Part shown: one piece after another, positions 1-10,012 of the stretch
Position numbering within the stretch: the stretch's first letter is position 1
Layout of the letters: the number at the start of each line of letters is the position of its first letter
DNA from: Treponema berlinense
GTDB taxonomy: Bacteria > Spirochaetota > Spirochaetia > Treponematales > Treponemataceae
DNA length: 64,000 nucleotides
Reading direction: 5' to 3' (one strand)
Assembly (NCBI GenBank): GCA_052273165.1
Contig: DAVZIU010000004.1
Translations under genes and position numbers: made by a program
Notes under the pieces: model-generated
Databases searched by the model: none
Seen by the model: only the letters and a program-made list of their open reading frames with translations
What the model was told of the DNA's origin: nothing

Positions 1-41
1 AGTTCTACAGTTTCAGGTGTTAATACAGTTCTTAAGTCCAT
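1..41 (-). CDS. 5' end of a CDS running off the window, probably a PTS IIA-like protein
   Basis: ATG at 41 reads MDLRTVLTPETVE and is preceded by AAGGGAAGG; the N-terminus resembles spirochaete PTS EIIA proteins, but only 13 codons are visible. Confidence 0.45.
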   Translation of the reverse strand, partial: MDLRTVLTPETVE

Positions 42-254
42 AATTTTAGTTTACCTTCCCTTGTTACCAAAGTCAAGAATTTTTTTCTTAAAAATAACCA
101 AAGATATTTTGGTTAGTCCCTGATTCTGGTTTTATTACCTGTCAAAAATAAAACCCAGAATGTGATTTTATTATACTACCGTTTTTGTTTTTATTGAAGT
201 TTAAATATTGTTTTTCTATAATAAAAATGAAGATTTTAAAGTTTCGTGTCTTTT

Positions 255-363
255 GGACAAGGGATTGAAGCGGTGAGCGCAGCGAAAACAAAGGCTTGCC
301 TTTGGTCGAAGGCGAATGCCGGAGCCGCGGAAAGCCCGGTTTTTGCAAAGCAAAAATGGCCCC
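255..363 (+). repeat. Structured intergenic repeat, family A
   Basis: GC-rich multi-hairpin island in an AT-rich spacer; alignable to 46911-47018(-). Confidence 0.7.
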
Positions 364-406
364 AAATTAAAATTAAATTTATATTTATATAGAAAGGAAT
401 GTTAAT

Positions 407-814
407 ATGTCAGATACTTCTAAATTTTTGGCTGATATTCAGAGAATTAAAAAGCACGTTCGCGCTGACAATGGAGGAAAATACGACGGCAGAAAAGTTT
501 GTGAGCAGATTTCAAGTCTTTTTGCTTCTTCAAACAGAAATGCCGGCGATTTGGCAAGGTCGATTGCAGATTATTGGCTGAATTCTTATATTTTTGCCTC
601 GACCGACGTCAAAAATGAACCTTCGCAGGAAAACATCGACAGAATTACGGTTTTTCAGAACTTTTTGGACGGAGATTCTGACGAAGATTATTCGATTTTG
701 ACTGGCGACGACTGGGAAACTCTCAAGGACTTTTGCGATGACGAAGCTGAAAATTTGGATTTGGACAGTTTGCAGAATTTTATGAGCATAATTCTTGATA
801 ACGGCGCACTTTAA
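407..814 (+). CDS. Hypothetical acidic protein (135 aa)
   Basis: ORF with AAAGGA SD, ending 5 nt before the next gene. Confidence 0.75.
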   Translation: MSDTSKFLADIQRIKKHVRADNGGKYDGRKVCEQISSLFASSNRNAGDLARSIADYWLNSYIFASTDVKNEPSQENIDRITVFQNFLDGDSDEDYSILTGDDWETLKDFCDDEAENLDLDSLQNFMSIILDNGAL

Positions 815-819
815 TTTTT

Positions 820-1839
820 ATGATTAGCGATAACGAAATTGTAAATTTGTATTCGGAATGCAGACAGTGTCCGCGAAAATGCGGAGTAAATAGATTTGCT
901 GGAAAATCAGGTTTTTGTCTCGAAAACGCTGATCTGAAAGTTTCGGTGGCGTGTCTGCACTTTGGAGAAGAACCTCCTGTTACTGTTCATTCTGGAAGCG
1001 GAACTATTTTTTTGACTGGATGCAACCTGCGTTGTGCTTTCTGCCAGAATTATCAGATAAGCCAGCAGGGAATAGGAAAATCTGTTTCTAAAGAGGAATT
1101 TGCGGAAATCTGCCTTAGGCTTGAAAATGCCGGCGCAGAAAATATAAATCTTGTTACGCCGAGCCATCATATTCCAAAACTTGCGCAATTTATTGAGGAA
1201 GCTAAAAAACGCGGACTCAAACTGCCTGTCTGCTGGAACAGTTCTGGTTATGACAGCATTGAAATGCTCGAAATGCTCGACGGACTGGTGACAATTTTTT
1301 TGCCGGATTTTAAGACTCTGAGCGCTGAACTTTCTAAAAAACTGTGTTCGGCAGAAGATTATCCTGAAACTGCAAAAAAAGCCCTTTTGTGGATGATTGA
1401 ACACAATCCGCTTAAATTTGCCAACGTTGAAAAAAATGGTGTAACAAAACAAAAACTCCTTCAAGGCGTAATAATACGCCACCTTTTTTTGCCGGGGCGT
1501 TTTGAAGAAACAGTGGATGTACTTTCGTGGCTCAAAGAAAATGCAGACAAAAAAGCGATAATTTCGCTTATGAACCAGTATACTCCGGTTCCTTTTGCTG
1601 GAAGCGAAGATGAACTTAAAAGACGGAAAAATGCGCTTTCTGCAATCGAAAACAGGCTTGTAAATACGACCGAAGACCAGGATTTGCGCGATATGATAGA
1701 AGCTTTTGATTTTGACTTGCTTTTTTATCAGGATTTGAGCACTGATACGGACTGGCTTCCAGACTTTACAAAAAAACAGCCTTTTTCAAATAAATTGGCA
1801 AAACCTGTCTGGCACTGGAAAAACGGTTTTATAGAATAA
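820..1839 (+). CDS. PflX-like radical SAM protein
   Basis: N-terminal CRQCPRKCGVNR and CxxxCxxC (CNLRCAFCQN), GSGTIF, INLVTP. Confidence 0.85.
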   Translation: MISDNEIVNLYSECRQCPRKCGVNRFAGKSGFCLENADLKVSVACLHFGEEPPVTVHSGSGTIFLTGCNLRCAFCQNYQISQQGIGKSVSKEEFAEICLRLENAGAENINLVTPSHHIPKLAQFIEEAKKRGLKLPVCWNSSGYDSIEMLEMLDGLVTIFLPDFKTLSAELSKKLCSAEDYPETAKKALLWMIEHNPLKFANVEKNGVTKQKLLQGVIIRHLFLPGRFEETVDVLSWLKENADKKAIISLMNQYTPVPFAGSEDELKRRKNALSAIENRLVNTTEDQDLRDMIEAFDFDLLFYQDLSTDTDWLPDFTKKQPFSNKLAKPVWHWKNGFIE

Positions 1840-1964
1840 AAAATAACCTCAAAATGTCATTTTTGCCTTTCAGTGTGTTATAATGAGAAAAATGTCGATT
1901 TTTGGATTGTCTTGCAATAATCGGCAAAGTTTTTTCAAAAAAAATGCACAAAACGGAGGAAAAA

Positions 1965-4900
1965 ATGACCTTTTCTTACAATGAATTTCATATTTCGCGG
2001 ACGGTCAGAAACGCCTGTAATTTTTCTGAAGGGCTTTTTTCTTCGAGCGGCAACGTTATTCTTGTAAATTTGCCAGCTGTGAGAACTTTTCAGGCAAAAT
2101 TCAACGAATACCTAAAAAAGAACGGAAAAACAGAAGTAAGCGCAGGAACTCTGAACGCAATGGGTCTTTTGGACGAGGTTTTTCATCTTGCGTGTTGGAC
2201 TTACAGAAGACAAAAATATCCAGACGCATTTAAAGAAATTTTAGCTGAACTTGATTCAAAATTTTCCAAGGAAAAAGTCGATTCCCTTTTGACAGCTTTT
2301 TGCGAGGAATTTCCACCGGTTGCGGTTTACAAAGGTGAATGTTCTATTCAAGATTTTTTGAACACGGAAATGGTTGAACGAAAGACAAACCGCACGCGCA
2401 CAAACCGGGAACAGACGCTCGAAGAGGTGATTATGCTTCATCTGGCGAACGAAAATCCTGCTTTTAAGCCTTTTTATCCGCTTTTTGACGATTCTAATTT
2501 AGAAAAAAAATCAATTTATATCGAATCCTGGAAACTTATTCAGTCTTATTTTAAACAGTTGCCTTTTTGGGGAACTTACGGTCACGATTTAATTTCGTTT
2601 TTAAAAGAACCTGTAAAATTTGCCCCGGACAATCTGCAAGAACAGTTGAATTATGTCCGCACCCATTGGGCTGAGCTTTTTTTGCCAGGTGAAGGCGAAG
2701 GTGAAAATTACTGGCTTAAAAGACTTTTTGGAGGAAGCGATCTTCTGGCTGAAGAATGGAAACCGGAATGGCGTCCGACAAACGGTGGAAGTCCGGACAT
2801 GAGCCCTCCAAACTACGACTATTTAATGAAAGAATATGAAAGGTTTAGCAGCGACAAAGAATGGATGCCTCGCGTTGTTTTGATGGCAAAAACCGTCCTT
2901 GTATGGCTTTTTCAGCTTTCTAAAAAATACGGAAGGGAAATTTCAAGACTGGATCAGATTCCTGACGAAGAACTGGATTTGCTGCGCGACAGGGGTTTTA
3001 CAGGACTTTGGCTAATCGGTCTTTGGGAGCGTTCTTCTGCAAGCAAGAGAATAAAACAGTTATGCGGAAATCCAGAGGCGGCGGCAAGCGCCTACTCCCT
3101 CGAAGATTACGAAATTGCTTCTAACCTTGGTGGCTGGGACGCGCTTCAAAACCTGCGCACAAGGCTCTGGCAGCGCGGAATCCGTCTTGCAAGCGACATG
3201 GTTCCAAATCACACTGGAATGGATTCTAAATGGGTGGTTGAAAAACCGGATTTGTTCGTTCAAAGACGCGACAATCCTTTTCCGCAGTACACATTTAACG
3301 GCGTAAACTTGAGCCACGACAGCAGGGTTGCAATCTATCTGGAAGACCATTATTACTCAAAAAACGACTGTGCCGTTGTCTTTAAGCGCGTTGATACTCA
3401 GACTGGCGACACACGCTATATTTACCACGGAAACGACGGAACAGGAATGCCATGGAACGATACTGCTCAAATTGATTTTTTAAATCCACAGGCCCGAGAA
3501 GAAGTTATGCAGGAAATTCTGCATGTTGCAAGGAACTTTCCGATTATACGCTTTGATGCGGCTATGGTTTTGGCAAAAAAGCACATAAAACGGCTTTGGT
3601 ATCCAGAACCAGGAAAAGGTGGCGACATTGCAACCCGAAGCGAATATGCTCTTTCGGCAGAAGAATTTGAAAAAAGAATTCCAAATGAATTTTGGCGCGA
3701 AGTTGTTGACCGTGTTGCAAAAGAAGTTCCTGACACTCTCCTTCTTGCAGAAGCATTCTGGATGATGGAAGGATATTTTACACGAACACTGGGAATGCAC
3801 CGCGTTTACAATTCAGCCTTTATGAACATGCTTAAAAAGGAAGAAAACTTTAAGTATCGTTCGACCGTAAAAAACACGATTGCCTTTGATCCTCAGATTT
3901 TAAAGCGCTATGTAAATTTTATGAACAATCCGGACGAAGAAACGGCAGTTGCCCAGTTTGGAAAAGGTGACAAGTATTTTGGTGTCTGCACGCTTATGAT
4001 AACAATGCCGGGACTACCAATGTTTGGACACGGCCAGATTGAAGGGTTTGAAGAAAAATACGGAATGGAATACATGCGCTCTTACCGCGACGAACCTCCT
4101 GACCAGTATTTAATTGACCGGCACAACCACGAAATTTTTCCGCTCCTCAAAAAACGCTATCTGTTTGCAGGAGTTGAAGACTTTTTGTTCTACGATGTCT
4201 GGAACAACGGAAGCGTAAACGAAAACGTCTTTGCTTATTCAAACCGTTGCGGAGGCGAATATACACTCGTTTTCTACAACAACAAATACGAACGCGCGGC
4301 CGGCTGGATAAAACAGTCGTGCGAATATGCCGTAAAAACAGGTTCTGGCGAAAACGACAAAAAACTTATCTCGCGCTCACTTTCCGAAGGTTTGGGACTG
4401 AATGCACAAGCCGACACTTTTGTAATTTTTTACGAGCAGCGCTCTGCAAAGTGGTACATAAGACGCTCAAAGGATATTTGCGAACAGGGAATGTTTATTG
4501 CTCTAAACGGTTTTGAAACTCAGGTCTTTATGAACATTGAGCAGAAAAAAGACATAGACGGCAAACTTGAAGAACTCTGCAACTTTTTGAATGGAAGCGG
4601 AACTCCAGACTTAAAAATTGCCTGGCAAGAACTGCATTTTAAGGAAATTTACGAAAAATTCGACATTTTGCTGGACGAAACCGTAAAATTCTTTGAAGAA
4701 AGCAAAAAGCCTTCTTGCAGCGAACTTAAGCTTAAACTTGAGGCGCCGCTAAGTGAGTTCTACAAAACTGCTGAAAAATTTGCACCAGCAAAGACAAAAA
4801 TCAAGATTCCTGCAATAAAACTGGCGCCGGTTCAGAAAAAAGACGACGACTTGAGGCTTAAAAAACAGATTTTGATTTTGCTTGAACCGCTCTCAAAAAC

Positions 4901-5345
4901 GGGATTGTGCCTAAACTGGAATTTGCAGCGCAAGATTGCAGAAAAAATCGAAGGTTCGTACAGTTTCTTTGAAAAATCATTTATTTTTAAAAGCGCAAAG
5001 ATTGATGAACTTTCGCTAGCAAGACTGCTTGTAAACTCAGAATACAGCAGAAATTTGACGGGCACAAACGAATTTGACGGCGTAAAATGGTTTAACAAAG
5101 AGATGATGGAAAATGCCTTAAAAGAAGCCGAAGAAATCCTTTTGGAAGGAGCATCAAAATCCCTGACAGAAAAAATCAAAAAGATTTTTAAGAGTCTTGA
5201 CAACGCTCAGAAAAAATCTGAATACAAGTGCGAGAATTTCTTGAAAACTTTTGCTCCAAAAAAGAAAAGAACTGCAAAGGCAGCAAAAAAAGATAAAGAT
5301 GAAAAATCTGTAAAAATTAAAAAAAAGACGGTAAAAAAAGAGTAA
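1965..5345 (+). CDS. Large GH13 alpha-amylase family protein with a Lys-rich C-terminal tail
   Basis: DMVPNH, IRFDAA, LLAEAF and NNPDE conserved regions; start moved to ATG 1965 behind GGAGG; extended -10 TGTTATAAT at 1876-1884. Confidence 0.85.
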   Translation: MTFSYNEFHISRTVRNACNFSEGLFSSSGNVILVNLPAVRTFQAKFNEYLKKNGKTEVSAGTLNAMGLLDEVFHLACWTYRRQKYPDAFKEILAELDSKFSKEKVDSLLTAFCEEFPPVAVYKGECSIQDFLNTEMVERKTNRTRTNREQTLEEVIMLHLANENPAFKPFYPLFDDSNLEKKSIYIESWKLIQSYFKQLPFWGTYGHDLISFLKEPVKFAPDNLQEQLNYVRTHWAELFLPGEGEGENYWLKRLFGGSDLLAEEWKPEWRPTNGGSPDMSPPNYDYLMKEYERFSSDKEWMPRVVLMAKTVLVWLFQLSKKYGREISRLDQIPDEELDLLRDRGFTGLWLIGLWERSSASKRIKQLCGNPEAAASAYSLEDYEIASNLGGWDALQNLRTRLWQRGIRLASDMVPNHTGMDSKWVVEKPDLFVQRRDNPFPQYTFNGVNLSHDSRVAIYLEDHYYSKNDCAVVFKRVDTQTGDTRYIYHGNDGTGMPWNDTAQIDFLNPQAREEVMQEILHVARNFPIIRFDAAMVLAKKHIKRLWYPEPGKGGDIATRSEYALSAEEFEKRIPNEFWREVVDRVAKEVPDTLLLAEAFWMMEGYFTRTLGMHRVYNSAFMNMLKKEENFKYRSTVKNTIAFDPQILKRYVNFMNNPDEETAVAQFGKGDKYFGVCTLMITMPGLPMFGHGQIEGFEEKYGMEYMRSYRDEPPDQYLIDRHNHEIFPLLKKRYLFAGVEDFLFYDVWNNGSVNENVFAYSNRCGGEYTLVFYNNKYERAAGWIKQSCEYAVKTGSGENDKKLISRSLSEGLGLNAQADTFVIFYEQRSAKWYIRRSKDICEQGMFIALNGFETQVFMNIEQKKDIDGKLEELCNFLNGSGTPDLKIAWQELHFKEIYEKFDILLDETVKFFEESKKPSCSELKLKLEAPLSEFYKTAEKFAPAKTKIKIPAIKLAPVQKKDDDLRLKKQILILLEPLSKTGLCLNWNLQRKIAEKIEGSYSFFEKSFIFKSAKIDELSLARLLVNSEYSRNLTGTNEFDGVKWFNKEMMENALKEAEEILLEGASKSLTEKIKKIFKSLDNAQKKSEYKCENFLKTFAPKKKRTAKAAKKDKDEKSVKIKKKTVKKE

Positions 5346-5386
5346 AACTTAAATTTTTGCGCAAATTTGATGTTTAACAAATTGAT

Positions 5387-5478
5387 GCGCCAGGAACACG
5401 GAAGGCGGCGAAGCCGGTGCAAAGCACCGAGGGCACCGAAGCCTGTAGTACTCCGGCCCGCGAAAGCGGGTGGCGCCC
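5387..5478 (+). repeat. Structured intergenic repeat, family A
   Basis: GCGCCA...TGGCGC(CC) outer stem enclosing GGCGAAGCC, GGTGCAAAGCACC and CCCGCGAAAGCGGG hairpins. Confidence 0.65.
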
Positions 5479-5554
5479 TCAAAAAAAAACGGTGACCGAT
5501 GCACTTTTTTGACTGTGCTCAATCACCGTTTAACGTCAAACCGCTTTTTTTTAA

Positions 5555-7300
5555 CTATTTGTCGTTTTGAAGGGCATCGTAGCCTGTTTCGCCAGTGCGG
5601 ATTTTTACAACCCCTGTCACATCGCTTATGAAGATTTTTCCGTCGCCAATGTGTCCTGTGTAAAGGGCTTTGCGTGCCGCTTCGATAACCGTGTCTACTG
5701 GAACTTTGCTGATTACGGTTTCAACCTTGATTTTTGGAAGAAGGTTGATTTCGACTGGAGCACCACGGTAATATTCGCTTGCTCCTTTTTGCATTCCACA
5801 GCCCATTACATTGCTTACGGTCATGCCGGTTATTCCAATTTCGTTCATTGCAGCCTTGAGTTTGTCAAATTTGTTCTGACGTGTAACGATTACGACCTTG
5901 TGTGCAATTGCTTCTTTTGAAGTTGTGCCAGAAACGGGAACACTGAGTGCTGGAATTTCGATGCCAGCATTTTCTGCTTCTTCGACTTCTTCTGATGAAT
6001 AGGTTGTTGCAAAACCTGCGTATCCAGTATCAAGTCCGTGCTCGAGCTTATCGAGTCCGACAATTTCTTCTTCGGCTGTTACGCGAAGACCGAAAATCTT
6101 TTTGATTATAGTGAATAAAATCGTAATTGTCACAACTGTCCAGGCGATTGTCGAAATCATTCCGAGAAGCTGAAGTCCAAGACATTCAAATCCACCGCCG
6201 TAAAAAACTCCTGCGAGCTGTTCGCCAGCTTTGTTTGCAATCGAATAGCCTGGGACTGCTGGGTTTGCAAAAAGTCCAACGGCGATTGTTCCCCAAATTC
6301 CGTTAAAACAGTGAACTGCAACTGCTCCGACAGGATCGTCAACATGAAGTTTGTAGTCCAAAAACCATACGCCAAATACAACCAAAAGACCTGCGACAAT
6401 TCCGATTATTGAAGCGCCAAAAGCGTCGGCAACATCACAAGGCGCGGTAATTGCTACAAGACCGGCGAGCGAAGCGTTCAAACACATAGAAACATCTGGT
6501 TTTCCGTATTTTATCCATGTAAAAATCATACATGTAACTGTTGCAAGTGCTGGAGCGATTGTTGTCGCTACAAAGATTGAACCGAGCTGGGCGACAGAAG
6601 TTGCAGCCGCACCGTTAAATCCGTACCAGCCGAGCCAAAGAATAAATACACCGAGCGCGCCGATTGGAATATTGTGTCCTGGGAAAGCGTGAACATCTGT
6701 TACTTTGCCGTCCTTGTCACGCGTAAATTTGCCAATGCGAGGACCGACCATTGCAGCACCGATTAAGGCGCAGATTCCGCCAACCATATGAATACAGTTT
6801 GAACCTGCAAAATCGTGGAAGCCAAGCTGTGCGAGCCAGCCGCCACCCCAAGTCCAGTGAGCTTCAATAGGATAGATTACTGCCGAAATTACAGCAGAAT
6901 AAACGCAGTAAGAAAGAAATTTTGTGCGTTCTGCCATTGCGCCAGACACGATTGTTGCTGTCGTTGCGCAGAATACGAGGTTGAATACAAATCCAGACCA
7001 GTCAAAATTGCCGTAATCTGTAAAAATCTGCCAGTTTGGTTTTCCAATCAAACCGAAAAGTGCGTTTTCACCGAGAAAAAGTCCAAATCCAATAAGAATA
7101 AAAACAACTGTTCCGATACAAAAGTCCATCAGGTTTTTCATGATGATGTTTCCCGTGTTTTTTGCACGGGTAAAACCTGTTTCGACCATTGCAAATCCGG
7201 CTTGCATCCAAAATACGAGGGCGGCGCCTAAAAGAAACCAAACGCCCCACAAGTCGCTAGAAACCGACTTTACCGCTTCCATTAGTGCAGCTGAATCCAT
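5555..7300 (-). CDS. amtB: Ammonium transporter (Amt) fused to a C-terminal PII (GlnB/GlnK) domain
   Basis: MQAGFAMVE, DFAGSxxIH, WLGWYGFN, DDPVGAVAVH; C-terminal GMTVSNVMGCGMQKG...YRG...GDGKIF. Confidence 0.92.
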   Translation of the reverse strand: MDSAALMEAVKSVSSDLWGVWFLLGAALVFWMQAGFAMVETGFTRAKNTGNIIMKNLMDFCIGTVVFILIGFGLFLGENALFGLIGKPNWQIFTDYGNFDWSGFVFNLVFCATTATIVSGAMAERTKFLSYCVYSAVISAVIYPIEAHWTWGGGWLAQLGFHDFAGSNCIHMVGGICALIGAAMVGPRIGKFTRDKDGKVTDVHAFPGHNIPIGALGVFILWLGWYGFNGAAATSVAQLGSIFVATTIAPALATVTCMIFTWIKYGKPDVSMCLNASLAGLVAITAPCDVADAFGASIIGIVAGLLVVFGVWFLDYKLHVDDPVGAVAVHCFNGIWGTIAVGLFANPAVPGYSIANKAGEQLAGVFYGGGFECLGLQLLGMISTIAWTVVTITILFTIIKKIFGLRVTAEEEIVGLDKLEHGLDTGYAGFATTYSSEEVEEAENAGIEIPALSVPVSGTTSKEAIAHKVVIVTRQNKFDKLKAAMNEIGITGMTVSNVMGCGMQKGASEYYRGAPVEINLLPKIKVETVISKVPVDTVIEAARKALYTGHIGDGKIFISDVTGVVKIRTGETGYDALQNDK

Positions 7301-7326
7301 AAATTACCTCCAAAAAATAATTCAAC

Positions 7327-7385
7327 AAAAAAAAGCGCGCGGACAGTCCGTCTAAAAAACGAACAAAATCCGCACGCCATTGTGC
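7327..7385 (-). promoter_or_regulatory. ANTAR-type hairpin overlapping an intrinsic terminator in the amtB leader
   Basis: GCAC-AATGGC-GTGC (7372-7385) overlaps the terminator GGCGTGCGGA...TCCGCGCGCT plus U-run. Confidence 0.75.
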
Positions 7386-7477
7386 TTAAAATAAAAATCG
7401 CGTTCTGCAATTTTTGTCTTTTTGCTTTTGCCGCCGCGCTATGCGACAGCATTTGTTACAATATAAAACCCAATCGC

Positions 7478-9568
7478 TTATACTCTGAACAGCAAATCCT
7501 CGTAACTTGGGAAAGGTTTATATTCTTCTCCCAAAAGCGGTTCGATTTTGTCTGCTACAGCGCGTGCTTCTTCCATTGCAGGTTTTACTGTATCTGCATA
7601 GGCCTTTGCAACTGCAAGAGCGCTTCCTGCTTTTTCGGCTTTTTCGTGCGCTTTTTCGAGTGAATCTGCCTTTTCGGAAAGCTCGTCAACGAGAAGATCT
7701 AGTTCGGAAAGAACCTTTGTTTCTGCTGAGGCCTTTGCGCCTGGAACAACCGATTTAAGTTCACTTACAGTCTTTGAAACTGCCGAAATATACTTGTATG
7801 CCGCTGGAAGAATGTCTTTTGAAATCATTTCGAGCATTGTGTTTACTTCGATATTCAAAACCTGAGCATATTTTTCAAGCTTGATTTCGTAATGACTTTC
7901 CATTTCCTGCTTTGTGTAAACGCCAAGTTCTGTAAAGAGCTTTACATTTTTTGCATCAAGATAATGTTCAACTGCGTCAGGAGTTGTCTTTAATTCAAGA
8001 AGTCCGCGTTTTTTTGCTTCAACTTTCCATGATTCATCGTAGCCGTTTCCGTTAAATACGATTCTCCAGTGAGCTTTTACTTCGCGCGCAATCAAAGCGT
8101 TGAGAGCTTTTTCAAAATCTGGAGCACTCTCGAGTTCGTCTGCAAAGATTTTTAGAACATCTGCAACAATTGCATCGAGAGTTGTATTAGGACCTGCGAT
8201 TGAAAGGCTTGAACCTACAGAACGGAATTCAAATTTGTTTCCTGTAAAGGCAAATGGCGAAGTTCGGTTGCGGTCGGTTGAATCCTTCGGAATTGAAGGA
8301 AGAACATCAACTCCGATTGTCATTTTTTCGTTTTTGTCCGAAGTGTAAGGTTTTCCGTCTTTGATTGCTTCGAGAACTGCATAAAGTTCGTCGCCAAGAT
8401 AAACGGAAATAATTGCTGGAGGCGCCTCGTTTGCTCCAAGACGATGATCATTTCCTGCACTTGCAACAGAAATTCTCAGCAAATCCTGGTTCTCGTCGAC
8501 TGCCTTTAAAATTGCCGTCAAAAACAAAAGAAACTGAGCGTTCGATTCTGGTGTTTTTCCAGGTTCGAGAAGGTTTTCTCCTTCGTTTGTGGACATTGAC
8601 CAGTTATTATGCTTTCCTGAACCGTTAAGTCCGGCAAATGGTTTTTCGTGAAGAAGACATTCAAGACCATGACGCTTTGCAACTTTCTTCATAACTTCCA
8701 TTGTGAGCTGGTTCTGGTCTACAGAAAGGTTTGTTGTCGAGAAAATCGGCGCCATTTCGTGCTGGGCTGGAGCTACTTCGTTATGTTCTGTTTTTGAAAG
8801 GACTCCGTATTTCCACAAAGTTTCGTTCAAATCTTCCATATATTCTACGATTCTAGGATTAAGGGCCGCAAAATACTGGTCGTCCATTTCCTGTCCTTTT
8901 GAAGGTTTTGCTCCAAAAAGAGTGCGTCCAGTCATGCGCAAATCTTTGCGTTCTGAATAAAGCTTGTGGTCTACGATAAAATATTCCTGTTCAGGACCGA
9001 CTGTAGTTGCAACATGGCTTACTTCTTTTCCGAAAAGTTTGAGGATTCTCTTTGCCTGCTTGTCCAAAGCTTCCATTGAGCGCAAAAGCGGAGTTTTTTT
9101 GTCGAGAGCTTCGCCTGTGTAAGAGCAGAATGCTGTTGGAATACAAAGAGTGTGTTCCTTGATAAAAGGATAAGATGTTGGATCCCAAACTGTGTAGCCT
9201 CTTGCTTCGAATGTAGCTCTGTGTCCGCCACTTGGAAATGAAGAAGCATCAGGTTCACCTTTTACAAGTTCTTTTCCAGAGAACGACATGATTACGGTTC
9301 CGTCATTCTGTGGATTTATGAAAGAGTCGTGTTTTTCTGCCGTAACTCCTGTCAAAGGCTGAAACCAGTGTGTATAGTGAGTTGCGCCTTTTTCAATCGC
9401 CCATTCTTTCATTGCATGAGCCACAACATTTGCAACATCAAGCGGAAGAGGTGCTCCGTCGTCAAGAGTTTTCTTGAGAGCCTTGAACGTTTCTTTTGGC
9501 AAGCGGTCTTTCATAGTTTTCTGATTAAAAACCAAACTTCCAAAAACTTCTGGTACATTTGCTGTCAT
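7478..9568 (-). CDS. glnA: Glutamine synthetase type III
   Basis: [56 protein letters not shown] 9568 after GGAGG. Confidence 0.95.
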   Translation of the reverse strand: MTANVPEVFGSLVFNQKTMKDRLPKETFKALKKTLDDGAPLPLDVANVVAHAMKEWAIEKGATHYTHWFQPLTGVTAEKHDSFINPQNDGTVIMSFSGKELVKGEPDASSFPSGGHRATFEARGYTVWDPTSYPFIKEHTLCIPTAFCSYTGEALDKKTPLLRSMEALDKQAKRILKLFGKEVSHVATTVGPEQEYFIVDHKLYSERKDLRMTGRTLFGAKPSKGQEMDDQYFAALNPRIVEYMEDLNETLWKYGVLSKTEHNEVAPAQHEMAPIFSTTNLSVDQNQLTMEVMKKVAKRHGLECLLHEKPFAGLNGSGKHNNWSMSTNEGENLLEPGKTPESNAQFLLFLTAILKAVDENQDLLRISVASAGNDHRLGANEAPPAIISVYLGDELYAVLEAIKDGKPYTSDKNEKMTIGVDVLPSIPKDSTDRNRTSPFAFTGNKFEFRSVGSSLSIAGPNTTLDAIVADVLKIFADELESAPDFEKALNALIAREVKAHWRIVFNGNGYDESWKVEAKKRGLLELKTTPDAVEHYLDAKNVKLFTELGVYTKQEMESHYEIKLEKYAQVLNIEVNTMLEMISKDILPAAYKYISAVSKTVSELKSVVPGAKASAETKVLSELDLLVDELSEKADSLEKAHEKAEKAGSALAVAKAYADTVKPAMEEARAVADKIEPLLGEEYKPFPSYEDLLFRV

Positions 9569-9584
9569 ATAGTCCTCCAAAAGT

Positions 9585-9742
9585 AAAAAAGACGCCGCAA
9601 TTTATCAGGGAGGGAGGTTCCCATAAAAAATCACGACGTCTTTGTCTTTAAAATAAAAAAAGCCGCAGAAAATTCAACCTTTTTCTGCGGCCTCATTGCC
9701 TTTTTATATTTGAGTTATACAGCGACAGCAAAAAAGTGTCAA
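9585..9742 (-). promoter_or_regulatory. glnA promoter and leader with two tandem ANTAR-hairpin/terminator units
   Basis: TTGACA(9742-9737)-N17-TATAAC; GGC-AATGAG-GCC (9689-9700) and GAC-AAAGAC-GTC (9635-9646), each overlapping a terminator stem followed by a U-run. Confidence 0.8.
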
Positions 9743-9833
9743 TTAGATTTTGTAAAAAAATATTTTTTTTACATCGTGCACAATTTTTTTTATTTTTTTG
9801 TGCATTGCGATATTTTCATATAACCTTCACCAA

Positions 9834-9989
9834 TTGACAATAAATACAGATAGTTTTATTGTATTCAGCGGAATATATGAGCAAGGGCGTTCATTACTGT
9901 TAAGGAAGTATTGCAGGCTATTTCTGAAAGTTTGAATTTTTAGAAGTTTTTCTGTTTTTTCTTTAATATGCAATGACGCTTTTTTTTTT
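9834..9989 (+). promoter_or_regulatory. carA promoter and leader with ANTAR-type hairpins
   Basis: TTGACA-N17-TATTGT; TGAGC-AAGGGC-GTTCA (9878-9893) and GC-AATGAC-GC (9970-9979); long-range GGCGTTCATT/AATGACGCT stem plus T10. Confidence 0.65.
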
Positions 9990-10012
9990 GCCCTTAAAGG
10001 TAGAATAAAAAA

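Noticed and set aside
7394..7414. Second ANTAR hairpin for amtB (AAAATTGC-AGAAC-GCGATTTT)
   Set aside because: The loop is 5 nt and lacks G4, so it was not counted.
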